The position numbers and the translations under genes are program-made. Below, one piece after another: positions 38,562-51,596 of a DNA stretch of 64,000 nt; within the stretch, counting starts at the first letter, position 1, and each line of letters begins with the position of its first letter. The DNA is from Octopus sinensis (taxonomy: Eukaryota). The stretch spans positions 17,174,001 to 17,238,000 of the forward strand of contig NC_042998.1 in NCBI RefSeq assembly GCF_006345805.1. Reading direction: 5' to 3'. Under the pieces are notes generated by a model that was not told where the DNA came from, searched no databases, and saw nothing but the letters and a program-made list of their open reading frames with translations.

Positions 38562-38730
38562 GAGAACTCGCAATACCAGAGGGCGTACACTCTCCTATCC
38601 TGATGTAATCTCCAAGGATACAGGCATCCAGCAACAGGACCTCCGTAATGCTATGATGGACCGTGAAGTCTGGCGTAGCATGGTAAATTCCATTGTCTGG
38701 ACCACGGTCGAACAATGATGAATGATGATA
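38562..38730 (+). mobile_element. RTE-clade LINE extreme 3' end with (ATG)n tail
   Basis: TRGRTLSYPDVISKDTGIQQQDLRNAMMDREVWRSMV resembles the RTE C-terminal GR..TY.D....D.G.......AM.DR..WR..V pattern. Confidence 0.75.
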
Positions 38731-38749
38731 TATATATATATATATAATT

Positions 38750-38963
38750 TAATAAGGGTAGAAATTGATATTAATCAATTAAAACCAGTGGCCTACCATA
38801 TTAAAAAAATCCGAAGATTAAACTATATTGACATAAAAATTTAAAGGACTGACCACTAAAAGTGGACGGTCAACATGCTAGATATAGACGTCAAAATCCT
38901 AGCGATTTTGACATCTATATCTAGCATGTTGACCGTCCACTTTTAGTGGTCAGTCTTTAAATT
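38750..38963. mobile_element. Short fold-back element in (TA)n: arms of about 60 bp (38838-38898 and 38904-38963), 5-nt loop
   Basis: Near-perfect inverted repeat directly visible; no hammerhead core found. Confidence 0.7.
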
Positions 38964-38968
38964 ATATA

Positions 38969-39011
<43 letters not shown>

Positions 39012-39060
39012 ATATATATAAAACAATGTAAACTTGCAAGGTACTGCACGAGTAAAAATA

Positions 39061-40290
39061 TATAGGAAAGAGGTTTTGAAAATGCAGAGGTCTTTACACA
39101 TACATACACACACACAAGCACGCACGCTCACACAAACACTCACACACGTATACACACACACTGCACAAACAAAACATTCACAATAATACGCCCAAATATA
39201 TGCATGTACCACAAAGAAAAATATCTTACACACTTGCACTCACATGTACGCACAACAAATATAGCACACCCTCATATGCACACACACCCGAAAACTACTT
39301 AAACCACATCTACCTAAACACATACACACACACATATATATACACCTTCACACACATATACGGATGCACACACACACCACCCGGACAATTATTACACTAC
39401 AAACACACAGACGTAGACACACACGTAAACTCACGTACACGCACATAACATCCCCACCAACACAACACACATAAACATACACACACACACATGCACACAC
39501 AGACGCACACATACACATACACACGAACAAACACATACACACACAAACGTGCACACATACACGCACCACACACATACACAGACCGATACACACACCACAC
39601 TGAACTCTAAGACCAATAATAAAACCACATACACAAATGCAAGCACATATATACATATATACACACTGATATAGGAACGTGCACAGAGACACACACTCAC
39701 ACCATTTTGAACTCTAAGACCAGTCCCAAAAACTACTGAACCGTGAAAGACTAGGCCAGAAACAAAAGAAATCCTTTTGTTTCTGCAATGCTCTCCCCCA
39801 CCAACCAACCGCCATCACTATTTCTAAAAATAGCAAACATTTCTTATACATACACACAAGAGTGGAGATGAAGGATGGAAATGTCAATCATCCCCATATG
39901 ATTCTTTATAGAAACTTAAATATGATTCTCCTGTATATATGCTTCTATACAACCATGAGTTTTGATGAAATTAAAATGGTTATAAATTTATTTTACTACC
40001 TATTTTGAACACTTTCCTGTAAACTGTTTAAACAAAAAGTCCCCCTTAACATTTTCTTATCATTTTCAAAGATTCAATTTCTTAACATTTTCTTATCATT
40101 ATCAAAAACATTATAACTATATTTTAATACAATTATGATGACCATTTTTAACACAACTATGATAACCATTTTTTAACACAGCAAAGCCTGCACAAAGCCT
40201 TACATTTTAATTTTGATAATCTTATTTTAAAGAAGTGAACCCGGTCAAGTCTTTAAAACACCTCTGCATTTTCAAACCCTCTTTCCTATA
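39061..40290. mobile_element. Non-coding element of about 1.2 kb with inverted termini of about 31 bp flanked by TA
   Basis: TATAGGAAAGAGGTTTTGAAAATGCAGAGGT pairs with ACCTCTGCATTTTCAAACCCTCTTTCCTATA (1 mismatch). The interior is AC-rich. Confidence 0.55.
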
Positions 40291-40869
40291 TATGTGTGTG
40301 CGCGTGTGTGTGTGTATGAGGCTGTGTCGATATGAATCATGTGTGAGTACTCATGTGTCCGAATATGTGGGTGTATGTGTCAACTGTTTATATAAGTTCG
40401 TGTGTATAAGTTGTATGAATATGTCTGTTTGTGTTGTGTGAGTGTTTGCGAATATGTGAGCATAAGTGTCTGCTGTATACGCATGTGTTCGCGAACGTGT
40501 TTAGAAGACATATATGGATGTCTGCATATCGACAACTTATGAACATAAATATATACATTATTGTATTTATATGTGTACGCCGAATGAGCGCGTGTTTGTG
40601 TGGAAGAATATTATGCGTACGCGCGTTTGTATCTGGTGTGTATGTGGTTATATATATTACGCATGCTTTTGTTATTTATGTGATCACGCTTGACTGATTT
40701 ATTCTAGTGTGGATGCAACAGCATCGCGAGGGGTTTAACTTAGCGTTGGATTGAGAGTTTTTGTAGTGTTAAGGGTAGGAAGAAAGAGAGAATTAAACAT
40801 ACGTACATAGATGTATGTGCATGTATACGTGTGCCCACGCATCTACATATATGGAGACAAGCGTAGGAG

Positions 40870-41345
40870 TTTCCGTGGGATGCTTGAAGTTTGAAAGTGT
40901 TCTCCATAGCCATTGGTGGTTAGGAATCCTGCCCTTGGTAGCGCAGCCAGAGCTGAGGTGCAACGAATGTTAAGGTGATATATATGAGTTGTCTGCGTAC
41001 CTCTGATGGCAGCAATAATATAGTTCGTATTTCCTGTTGATAGATACTGCAAGTTGGTGCAGAATATGTAGTCTTTCACGGGAACACACCTGGCAATTGC
41101 TGTCACTGGGTGAGTAAAGTGGGGCCTTTGTCGCAAATGGTTCATTTGATGTTGGAGCCGCGAAGTCTCCAGAAGAAATGAGACAAAGAGCCGGAATTCT
41201 CTCTATCATTACAACTAACTGAAAGCTTATGTGGCGTGTATATTCTCTTAATGTCAGTGGCCATAGTGCCCGTGTAGTTCCCTGTGATCTCTTCGGATAG
41301 TGTGAGGGTGGTTCTGTATACTTCAACATCGGTGCGTGTGGTGGT
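40870..41345 (-). mobile_element. Second PLE endonuclease type (Neptune/Nematis-like GIY-YIG with C-terminal extension), frameshifted remnant
   Basis: DVEVYRTTLT...NYTG...DIKRIYT.HKLS...RENSGSLSHFFWRLRGSNIK / ...KAPLYSPSDSNCQVCSRERLHIL...INRKYELYYCCHQ fits VY...Y.G...K.R...HK.S...NST.LS..W.L...A..Y....C.LC..EK..IL....N.R.EL...C.H. Confidence 0.75.
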
Positions 41346-43485
41346 GGTAGTGAGTGACAAACATATTTCTATATATAATATTTATGTTGTTGTATGGCAA
41401 TGTGTTTTAACTCGTTAGATATACCATAGATGTTGCAATTAGTTAGTTCCTTGATGGAATATACACAGAGAAATATTCAATTATTCGAGCTGTGTTGAAA
41501 AACAACGGATGTGTCAATCGATGCAAGTTTCTCAGCACTTATATATTGTTGCAATTATATAATATACATCTTCATGAATTCGACAACTAAAAATCATGAT
41601 ATATTGTGTAACTTTTCTGATATACGATACGACAATTTCCTATAGTATCAGCATTGTTTTATGCAATAAAACCTACCATACTGCATTCATTAATTCACAA
41701 AGTGTTACATTTTTCTTCAATTATGATCTTTCATTTTTATTTTATATTCACAAATAGTTTCTTTTTGTAAATAAATAGAAAAAAAAAATTATGCTGCAAA
41801 TTGATACAGATAGAAATCGAAAAATCGACATGAAACGAATTTGATATTAACAGTACCCCCTGTCATTTCACTTCCATGAAATTAATTAAATAATAGCAGA
41901 GACTATAGAAAGATAATTTTAATTGAAGTTACAATAAAACATAATCTGATGGCCAAAAAAATAGACGGTATGTCTGAAAGATAAATAAATGAGATGAAGA
42001 CTGAAAAGAAAGCTTGTCAATCATGAGTATATCAATGAATTACAAATTTGAAGCGATATATTAACAATGTTTATCGGGAGAAAAAGATAAAATCATCATC
42101 TTATTCATTCTGCCTCTAGCGCGTAGTTTCATTTTTTTTTCTTCTATTTCTCCTACTTTAGTTTTATTGAAGTTAATTAGCTACACGCCACGAATTTCCT
42201 TTCATCTCATTCTATCTTGTTTCGCTTCCTTCAGTGTTTTTTGAAGATTATACTGATCGACTATTGTTAAATTATAGAAATATTTTACCGCAATAAACTT
42301 TAAGAAAAAAATACAACATATTCTACATCATATACTAAAACGTATATATAATTCTGTGATGATCTGTATGCGAATGTGCGCGTTTATGTTTAAGATGCTG
42401 GTTGTGACTTCGTTAAACTTCGAATAGGGAAACGTCGACGTCAAAGTGAAACATTATGACTCAAATAGCTGAGTCCATATAATATACTGAATCGTTTCTT
42501 TAGTTAAGGTTTGTTGCTCTTAATCATGAAAAAGATGATAGTTATTATATGTGGTTATAGTCGACTCACTATCTTGCTTGATCATATTTGAGTCGAAAGG
42601 CCATTTTCAATGAATCACATTTGGGATAGTGTTACACTTCAATGGAATATGCAACTATATATGATATGTAAACGGGTCACTAAACCAGGCTAAAGCAAAT
42701 ATACACGTTCCATGATATCACGCAACTGAGAAAACCATCTAGATGGGGATATTGTGTAGCAAAATAGTGTAATACAACGACTGCTATAGCGGAAATTCTG
42801 AAATATCCTTGCGGTCAAAACGTTCGCAAAATTTGTCTGGTCTCAGAAGTTGGTTTCAAAACATAGTAATATAGCAATTTTATGAGCACAAATATTTAAG
42901 CAATGTGAATGGTTCTATATAGGCCATAAGAAGTTAAAAAGAAAAGGTTGGAGAATTTATATGTTACGTTTCTGCACCTGTATATGTGCAGAATATGAGA
43001 AGGTCTGTTTTGCGTTGTTTTATATTCTTTTAGCTGGAACTGTTTTTCAGCCTACTGTATCCCAAACTTTGCAGTCCTCATGAAGCCATTTTAATAGAAT
43101 TATAAGCTTAGTCATCTGCAGCCGAGAAAGTACGTATTGTGCTGTCATACAGGTTAATCAAAATTCGTTTTGTAGTTTCATATACTTTTATTAATTCTAT
43201 ATACGATAGATAAATCTATTTAGTCAACGAAATAAATCGGTAGAATTAACTTATATTATCCACACAAAATTGCTGACGTTGTGCGTCAAGTTAATTCATG
43301 GAAGAACATGGAATGTGTGAGTGTATGTGTGTGTGTGTACAATTTTTCGCTCACATTCGCTTCTACTACAATATGAAACAATAAATCCTGTTGCATATTT
43401 AGCACGCTGGTGCCTAGCTTCTTGTTAGCTTGCTTGGTGGAGACTTTCATAAAGGGTGAGACCAATTCTTCCAAGAAAGTATATA

Positions 43486-43648
43486 TAGGCGCAGGAGTGG
43501 CTGTGTGGTAAGTAGCTTGCTAACCAACCACATGGTTCCGGGTTCAGTCTCACTGCGTGGCATCTTGGGCAAGTGTCTTCTGCTATAGCCCCGGGCCGAC
43601 CAATGCCTTGTGAGTGGATTTGGTAGACGGAAACTGAAGCCTGTCGTA

Positions 43649-43713
<65 letters not shown>

Positions 43714-43916
43714 TTGTGTGTCTGGGTTTGTCTCCCTAGCATTGTTTGACAACCGATGCTGGTGTGTGTACGTCCCCGTCACTTAGCGGTTCGGCAAAAG
43801 AGACCGATAGAATAAGTACTGGGCTTACAAAGAATAAGTCCCGGGGTCGATTTGCTCGACTAAAGGTGGTGCTCCAGCATGGCCGCAGTCAAATGACTGA
43901 AACAAGTGAAAGAGTA
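43486..43916 (+). mobile_element. SINE family A
   Basis: Full head, microsatellite and tail. Confidence 0.92.
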
Positions 43917-44339
43917 TACTTTTATTTATATATAAACGAACATATCTGTTTAAGCCAATAAACTTGGAAGAAACATATGTTGAATGGAAGTGTGGCTTCT
44001 CTGATGTTGTTACATATACTTCCACTTACAGGACATCTGTTTAGAGGATTCAGACATATAAGGAAGGACACTTGCATCGTACAAATCTTCCTTAAGAATT
44101 TTATGTCAGATGTGTCAGGTGCTTCGCTGTATTTCTGGACACGACAGCTGACTTCTTCAAATTTATACGATAGTCATATCAGTTACATCTACTAAGAGAG
44201 AATACCAACATTTATATAGTTTGCTCACACGTGATGCAAGGGGAAATCTATTTGATAGGCATGATCTATTACGAAACATTTTCCAGTGATTTGACGCCCT
44301 TCTTTCAAGCACAGTACATACATGCATATAGGCGTGTGC

Positions 44340-44365
44340 ACGTGCGAGAGCGTGTGCATGTGTAT

Positions 44366-44422
<57 letters not shown>

Positions 44423-44455
44423 GTGTGTGTGTGTGCGTGCGTGCGCATGTGTGTA
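44340..44455. repeat. (TG)n microsatellite
   Basis: Directly visible. Confidence 0.9.
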
Positions 44456-45727
44456 TGAGTGGAAATATCTGTGCCGGTGTATAACGTGATTACTTTAGAA
44501 ACTAATATAAAATGGTGCATAGAAATTGCTTACAAAATCAAATTAGTTTATAATTCTATTTAAGTCGAAGAACACACGATGGGCACTACTGATTCAACTG
44601 TACGTTCTTCCAACTTTCTCATGATGGATCACTCAAGAGATTGCAATGCATGTGTCCATATCTATTTGGAAATAAATAAATACACAGTATTCTAAAATAA
44701 TTAGCAATGTATTGTACAAACTGCTACTTCCCCAATTTTAATTATGTAATACATATATATTTGAGGAAGTTTTGTTTATATATATATATAGATATGTATG
44801 TGTATATGTATATATATATATATTCATATATTACATAAATATATATAATATATGTATACATATATATACATATACAAATGTAAATGTATATATATATCCA
44901 TGTATCTATATATGTATATATACAGATATATGTGTGTATATATACGCATACATAGATGAACATACACATGCTTATATATATACATATTTGTATATATATA
45001 CATATATACACATATACGCATGTGCATATAAGTATGTGTGTGTTTAGGTGTTAGTGTGTGTATGTACTGCACGTGTGACTCTATTCCATTTTAAATCGTA
45101 TATAACATCTACATATTCGCACTTCGATTTCTGTTGTCGGATAATGTTATTTATGAGATACGCAGCGGTTAATAATTGTCGTGATGACAAACTAACGTAA
45201 ACTTTAAAAGACATCAGTTGATATAATTTCTCCTATCTATCATTTTAGATACTTACGAGAAATGTTGCAATTGTATATAATTAGATGCTAGAATTTCTAA
45301 GAACTATATCGTAATTTCACTTTATTGCCACTCACTTCAAACGATGTTTATTGAATTTAAATATCAGTATGTTTCCTTTATGTTTCTCGTGTTTGGCTAA
45401 AGTTAATTAAATTTTTGATATGAAGAAAACTTAAGAATATTTTCATAATTATTCATTTACATTTTCAAATATATGTATGTTATATCCACAATATGAATTT
45501 CGTCTGAATGATATATATATACCTCAAAATATTTACAATATGCGTTATGGAATATTTGTTTCTTTTTTATAACTGTAAATTGAAATACCCAGACTAAGGA
45601 AAGCAAATCGCCTACCTCTATACATGTGTAGATATATATTTTTACTTATTCATGCATGAGTACGTGTTAATATTGTTTTAATAAGAAATCATGTGTAGAA
45701 AATTTTAAACACATAAGTATACACAAA

Positions 45728-46012
45728 CAGGTAGGTAGGTAGGTAGACATACAGATAGGTAGAAAGGTATATAAGTAGGTAGTTTGGTAGGTAGATAGGT
45801 AGGTAGGTAGGTAGGCAGGTAGGTAGGTAGTTAGGTAGGTAGGCAGACAGATAGGTAGGTAGGTAGGTAGGTAGGTAGGTAGATAGGTAGGTAGGTAGAT
45901 AGGTAGGTAGGTAGGTAGATAGGTAGGTAGGTAGGTAGGTAGGTAGGTAGGTAGGTAGGTAGGTAGGTAGGTAGGTAGGTAGGTAGGTAGTTAGTTAGTT
46001 AGGTAGGTAGCT
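45728..46012. repeat. (GGTA)n tetranucleotide repeat of about 285 bp
   Basis: Directly visible. Confidence 0.95.
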
Positions 46013-46500
46013 ATGTATGTCGGTCGACAGGTTGGTATGCAGTTAGGTTGGTAGGTTTGTAATTAGATGACTGGAAATTATGCAATGAACTTCATTAACT
46101 TGCTGCTGTTTCTGCTGTTATCGATACCCAAGCAGAAACGGAGTAATGAAGAAATTATGTAATGAAGTACATAACGTACTTTCCTGTTTCCGTGTCATTT
46201 ATTTAGTTTGATATTACACTCTATACTCGACTTACTCGACTTATGCTTTCTTCTACTAAAACATATGTACATTGAGTTCAGGTTTTTACACCAGGTTATT
46301 AGTGTCAATATACCTTAGCAATATATTAATATATGTAGATATGAAAATTGACCAGATAAGAAAAGTGAAGAGAGATATTAGATATTTATTCTATTAGCTG
46401 TTTCGTAATTTGATGTTCCATTAGCTGTTATGTAATCTCTGCTAGGAAGATAAGTTGTGTTATATCATCCGTCAAATACATACAAATTGATATACATATG

Positions 46501-46810
46501 ACTACAGGCGTAGCTGTACGGTAAGATGTTTACTTCACGGCATCATAGTTCAATGTTCTGCTACTGCGTGGTAACTTGAACAAATATGTTCTACTATCGT
46601 CTCAGACTGGAGAAAACCTTGTGATGGAGATGGTAGACGGAAACAGCAGGAACCCCAACGTACAAATATGCATATTTGTGTGACTGTGTCTCTTTTATAT
46701 TTTATTTGCTTCATTAATTACACTGCCCCCATGCTGGAGCACCGCCCTGTATTTTTGTCGAGTGAATCGACCCCAGTACTTATATATTAAGCCTGGTACT
46801 TTTTCTCTTA
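46501..46810. mobile_element. Old SINE family A-related fragments (plus-strand head 46501-46660; minus-strand tail 46728-46805)
   Basis: GGTAGACGGAAAC core motif; CCATGCTGGAGCACCGCC is the reverse complement of the tail. Confidence 0.6.
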
Positions 46811-46854
46811 TTTAGACCACCAAAATAATAACATTGAAAACAACAAATTCAACA

Positions 46855-47020
46855 GGGCGTAGGAGTGGCTGTGTGGTAAGTAGCTTGCTTACCAACCACA
46901 TGGTTCCGAGTTCAGTCCTACTGCGTGGCACCTTGGGCAAGTGACTTCTAGTATAGCCTCGAGTCGACCAAAGCCTTGTGAGTGGATTTGGTAGACGGAA
47001 ACTGAAAGAAGCCCCTCGTA

Positions 47021-47067
<47 letters not shown>

Positions 47068-47288
47068 ATATGTTTGTGTGTCGGTGTTTGTCCCACCAAC
47101 ATCGCTTGACAACCGATGCTGGTGTGTTTACGTCCCCGTCACTTAGCGGTTCGGCAAAAGAGAGCGATGAATAAGTACTAGGCTTACAAAGAATAAGTCC
47201 CGGGGTCGATTTGCTCGACTAAAGGGGGTTCTCCAGCATGGCCGCTGTCAAATGACTGAAATAAACAAAAGAGTAAAAAAGAGTAAAG
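46855..47288 (+). mobile_element. SINE family A
   Basis: Full head, microsatellite and tail. Confidence 0.92.
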
Positions 47289-48053
47289 TGTATACTAGCA
47301 GATCGAAAAAAATCTTTCACATACCAATATAGCAAAAAGCTACATATTTAATGGCACAGGTATATATGTGGGCCGGTTTCTAGTTTGATATAAAAATCTT
47401 ACCTTCTTTTGCACATCTTGACCTTTTGAAGTACTATCCGAATCTGCCACGATGAAATCTGCTGGCGTCCTTCAAATATGCTGGCGTCCTTCAAATATGC
47501 TGGCGCCAAAATGCGGACAGCCTCAGAGTGAGAAGTTCTAATCAGCACTAAATTATTCGGAAGTGAATATTATAAAGATATTGACATTGCTGTTATTATC
47601 GAAGGCAATGTAAATAGTTGATAATAACAGAAATATTATCATAGGTGGTTGCAGACCCTAACAATAAGCATTATATAGCTAAAGAATTAAAATTATATTA
47701 AACAAATATATTTCTTCGAATTTAAGCGAAAATAATCATCATATATTGTTTATTTCATTATGGTTATCTGAAACTGAATTGGTGTTGTAGTCAGTAATAT
47801 TAATTAACTTTGTGATCAATGAAGAAAGATTAAGGATGGCATTCGTCCTGAAATGAGTCCATGCGAAACAACAATGGCCACCAAATGTCTCATTCGTTTT
47901 TATTTTAAGAAATCCGCCCAATAATATATTTCATCTCTTTCGTACAACTGATTCCTATTTCATTTACTACAAAATCAACTGCCATCAAACGCAATACTTC
48001 CACACACGGTCTTTTTTATGCATTCGGTCTGAAACACGTCATATCATTTGCTT

Positions 48054-48440
48054 GTGGAGGCGCAATGGCCCAGTAGTTAGGGCAGCGGACTCGCGGTCAT
48101 AGGATCGCGGTTTCGATTCCCAGACCGGGCATTGTGAGTGTTTATTGAGCGAAAACCCCTAAAAGCTCCACGAGGCTCCGACAGGGATGGTGGTGATCCC
48201 TGCTGTACTCTTTCACCACACTGTCTCTCACTCTTACTTCCTGTTTCTGTTGTACCTCTATTTCAAAGTGCCGGCCTTGTCACTCTCTGTGTCACGCTGA
48301 ATATCCCCGAGAACTACGTTAAGGGTACACGTGTCTGTGGAGTGCTCAGCCACTTACACGTTAATTTCACGAGCAGGCTGTTCCGTTGATTCGGATCAAC
48401 TGGAATTCCCGTCGTCGTAACCGACGAAGTGCTTCCATCC
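48054..48440 (+). mobile_element. tRNA-derived SINE (family C head, distinct body), (CCAT)n tail, 11-bp TSD
   Basis: A box TGGCCCAGTAGTT, B box GGTTTCGATTCCC; TSD ATCATTTGCTT at 48043-48053 and 48441-48451. Confidence 0.9.
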
Positions 48441-48984
48441 ATCATTTGCTTATTTATTGTTGAGTGATTTAATTTTAAAAAACAATATGAGCAATTATTC
48501 CTTTTAAAATTATTATTGAGCGCTTTCTATTAAACTTTAATTCGCGTAGTTGAACTTGGATTAAAAATATTTCCTAAAAGATTTTCAGATTCTGAAGTAA
48601 GATATTTGCATATATATTCAATGAGACAACGACCAAAAGCGACTATAAATATTCTTTACCTAAAATTAATAAAATTATTTGTGTCCTGTTATTTTTTTCT
48701 TTGGCGTATGGAGCGAACCTGTTCTACATATATACGTGGTTTTCATATCGGTGATGTGCGAGAAGCGTTTAAATTTCCATGATTATCAATGTGTTTCTAT
48801 TCTATGTAAAACTTACCGTCTGGGCATACCTAGAGTAATTATATTCATGAATTTTAATGAAAATATATATATTTGACTAGCACCAAGTTGATCATTACTA
48901 CCGAGTTATGAGTGCTATATATATACGATGTAATGATGTTTCTTGATAAAAAGAAACTAAAGTTTGATAAAAAAAATAAATAAA

Positions 48985-49237
48985 TAAATGCGCCCTTTTT
49001 AAAACCTAGCCAGGCTCAAGGGCCCAGTTTCCCGGCTGCTATGGCTTATGTGTTTCCCAGCTGGACGGGACGCCGGTCCATCGCAGCATTACTCGTTTTT
49101 GCCAGCTGAGTGGACTGGAGCAACCTGAAATGAAATGTTTTGCTGAAGAACACAACGCGTCTCCCGGTCCAGGAATCGAAACCACAATCTTAAGATCATT
49201 ATGCTGACACCCTAACCACTAGCCACGCGCCTCCAGA
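48985..49237 (-). mobile_element. tRNA-derived SINE (family C head; body resembling conserved CORE/V-type central domains)
   Basis: Minus strand TGGAGGCGCGTGGCTAGTGGTTAGGGTG...GGTTTCGATTCCTGG...TTGCTCCAGTCCACTCAGCTG...GCGATGGACCGGCGTCCCGTCCAG. Confidence 0.8.
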
Positions 49238-50339
49238 ACTTTTAATATAAGCAGTCGTAAATATTTGTGTCTCTGTGACACTGTTTGTGGGTTTTCCTTT
49301 TAGTAATCTTAACAGCTATTTTTAATATAATTTCGGCGGTATTTTTACATTGAGATCTTCAAAGGATTATAAAGCAGAGTATTTGGTTGAGCATTTTAGT
49401 GTTCCGAAAGAGCAGTTTGTATGTTACTAAATTTGGAATCTACATTTAATAGTCTTTAATCGATAGCAATTATATGGCTTTGCAAAGAAATATGATATAT
49501 TTATAGCTAATATTTCACATAGATTTACATATATGTGAAGAAATGACAATTATACATTCATTTGTTTCCATTTGTTTCGATTTCATACCTTTTTATAGTT
49601 ATTCATCATCCTTCTCAGGATTTTGGTAATTTCTTTTTTAATATTAAGAACAAAAAGTACTATTGAATGGAAATGCTCTTCTCATTCATTCTAACGTATA
49701 GTGAGACTCATTTACTTATTTTCATCACTAATATAATTTTTTTAAAAATAGCTATTTAGAGTAATCGGTTTAAGAGATGAAATTTATGATCACAGTTAAA
49801 TGCTAATGCATGCGAAGATTTATTATGGGAGATTGCTGTCAAGTACCTCTTTATATTAATTTAGACTTCCAGTAATATTGTGGTCGATTTATCTAAATTT
49901 CAATTTAAGAGGTATACACAATTTTACTAACTTGCTTTAATTCAACAACATAGAGATAAATAAGAAAATTCTGTAATCGGTTAATAATTGAACTGCCTTG
50001 ATTTTGTTACGTTAATAATTTTCAGGTATAGCCATCAGTTGGAAGAATTAAAAAACTCTTCATCTAGTCATCAATGGTAGTAACGTTATGGCATATAAGA
50101 TATCTGATATTACAATTAGCTAATCATCATTTTGAAAAGTAGGGCAATATCTAACCTAATGCATTTGAATTGTGGATCTAAGAAAAACAAAATGTTAATT
50201 ATATGACATAGAGCGTACTTAATTGTGGAAGTCAGCTTTAATCAACCAGATGTAAGTGTTGTAAGTTAAAAGTAGTAGATGTGCAGATCTACAATTGTCC
50301 TAATATTTCTAATACACATACACACACACACACACACAC

Positions 50340-50380
<41 letters not shown>

Positions 50381-51393
50381 AAGAGAGAGAGCGAGAGAGA
50401 GAGAGAGTAATTCTATCTCATATATTTGCGTTTCTGGTAACATAATTAATTATCTCATATATTTAGCTATTTTTCTATTCATATTTTCCACATCTTTATT
50501 TTGAGAACACTCTTTTCTTTTTCTTAGACTCGGTGTATATAAATGTTTGTATGCTTCATACTTATGTTGAAGCGGTTTGCGAAACATTGTTAATACTCGA
50601 CTCTTGTGATAATGTCTGTCAATGCATAAGCCTTTATTGACATTTTTCTCACATGAATATATTTAATGTAAATTTGTACTAAACATTTACACGTGTTATT
50701 CCCTGTAATAGGATGACCATTCAGAGAAATTATATATGTCGATGTATTATATTATTTTGTGTGTATTTTGATGGCGGTAGCACAGTGTTACAGTGAAACA
50801 TTAGTGATATGAAGGCGATGAACCCCCAAACGTGTGAAGCATGAAACGACTTTGAAACGCGATCGTCTATTTCGCATCATGGTAGCATAATTCCCACTTA
50901 TACGCATCATTAATAGAATAAGCGGAACAAAACTTGACTGTTACGTGAATTTATTGGCCTCAAAACTGAAAGAAAAAATGTTTTCTGCGATATTTGAAAT
51001 CAGAACGGAGACAACGCGAACGAAAACTGCATGGCATTTTATTTAAACCCACCCCTGACGAATCTGCCAAGCACATGCATATATCAAAATAATAATTACT
51101 GCAAAATTGTAGATATTTGAACGATGATGTTCTAAAGTGTATCGTGACTCGGAAATTGATGAGGTGTTATTATATATGTGCGTGTGGGTATGAGAGTGTG
51201 TATTTGTGTGTATGTGTGTGTAAAAAGGTTGAATTTTATTTCATCCTTTGCTTTGGATTGTTCCAAAGAGACGATTTCTAACATTCTTTATTATTTTTTG
51301 GTAGCTTACTGGCGTAAGTTTTTGCGAATATAAATCATATTATTTCTATATGGTGTGTTATGAGAAATTTATGGAAAGGTACCCTATAGAAGT

Positions 51394-51441
<48 letters not shown>

Positions 51442-51545
51442 TATATATTATATATATGTGTGTGTGTGGTGTGTGTGTGTAATATACTGTTAAGAAAAGC
51501 CAGGATGCATTGCGCTACGCTACTTTATATAAATATGTAAGTATA

Positions 51546-51594
<49 letters not shown>

Positions 51595-51596
<2 letters not shown>

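Noticed and set aside
44030-44200. Minus-strand exon ending at a perfect GTAAGT donor (also similar candidates near 26190-26240 and 56195-56330)
   Set aside because: No combination of strong acceptor, open frame and recognisable peptide; compatible with chance.
47461-47505. 19-bp tandem duplication GCTGGCGTCCTTCAAATAT
   Set aside because: Only about 2.4 copies; an ordinary slippage duplication.
47830-47880. CTGAAATGAG...CGAAAC as a hammerhead
   Set aside because: Wrong core spacing and no helix I or III pairing.
48054-48130. Functional tRNA gene
   Set aside because: The tRNA-like head continues into a SINE body with a tail and TSD.
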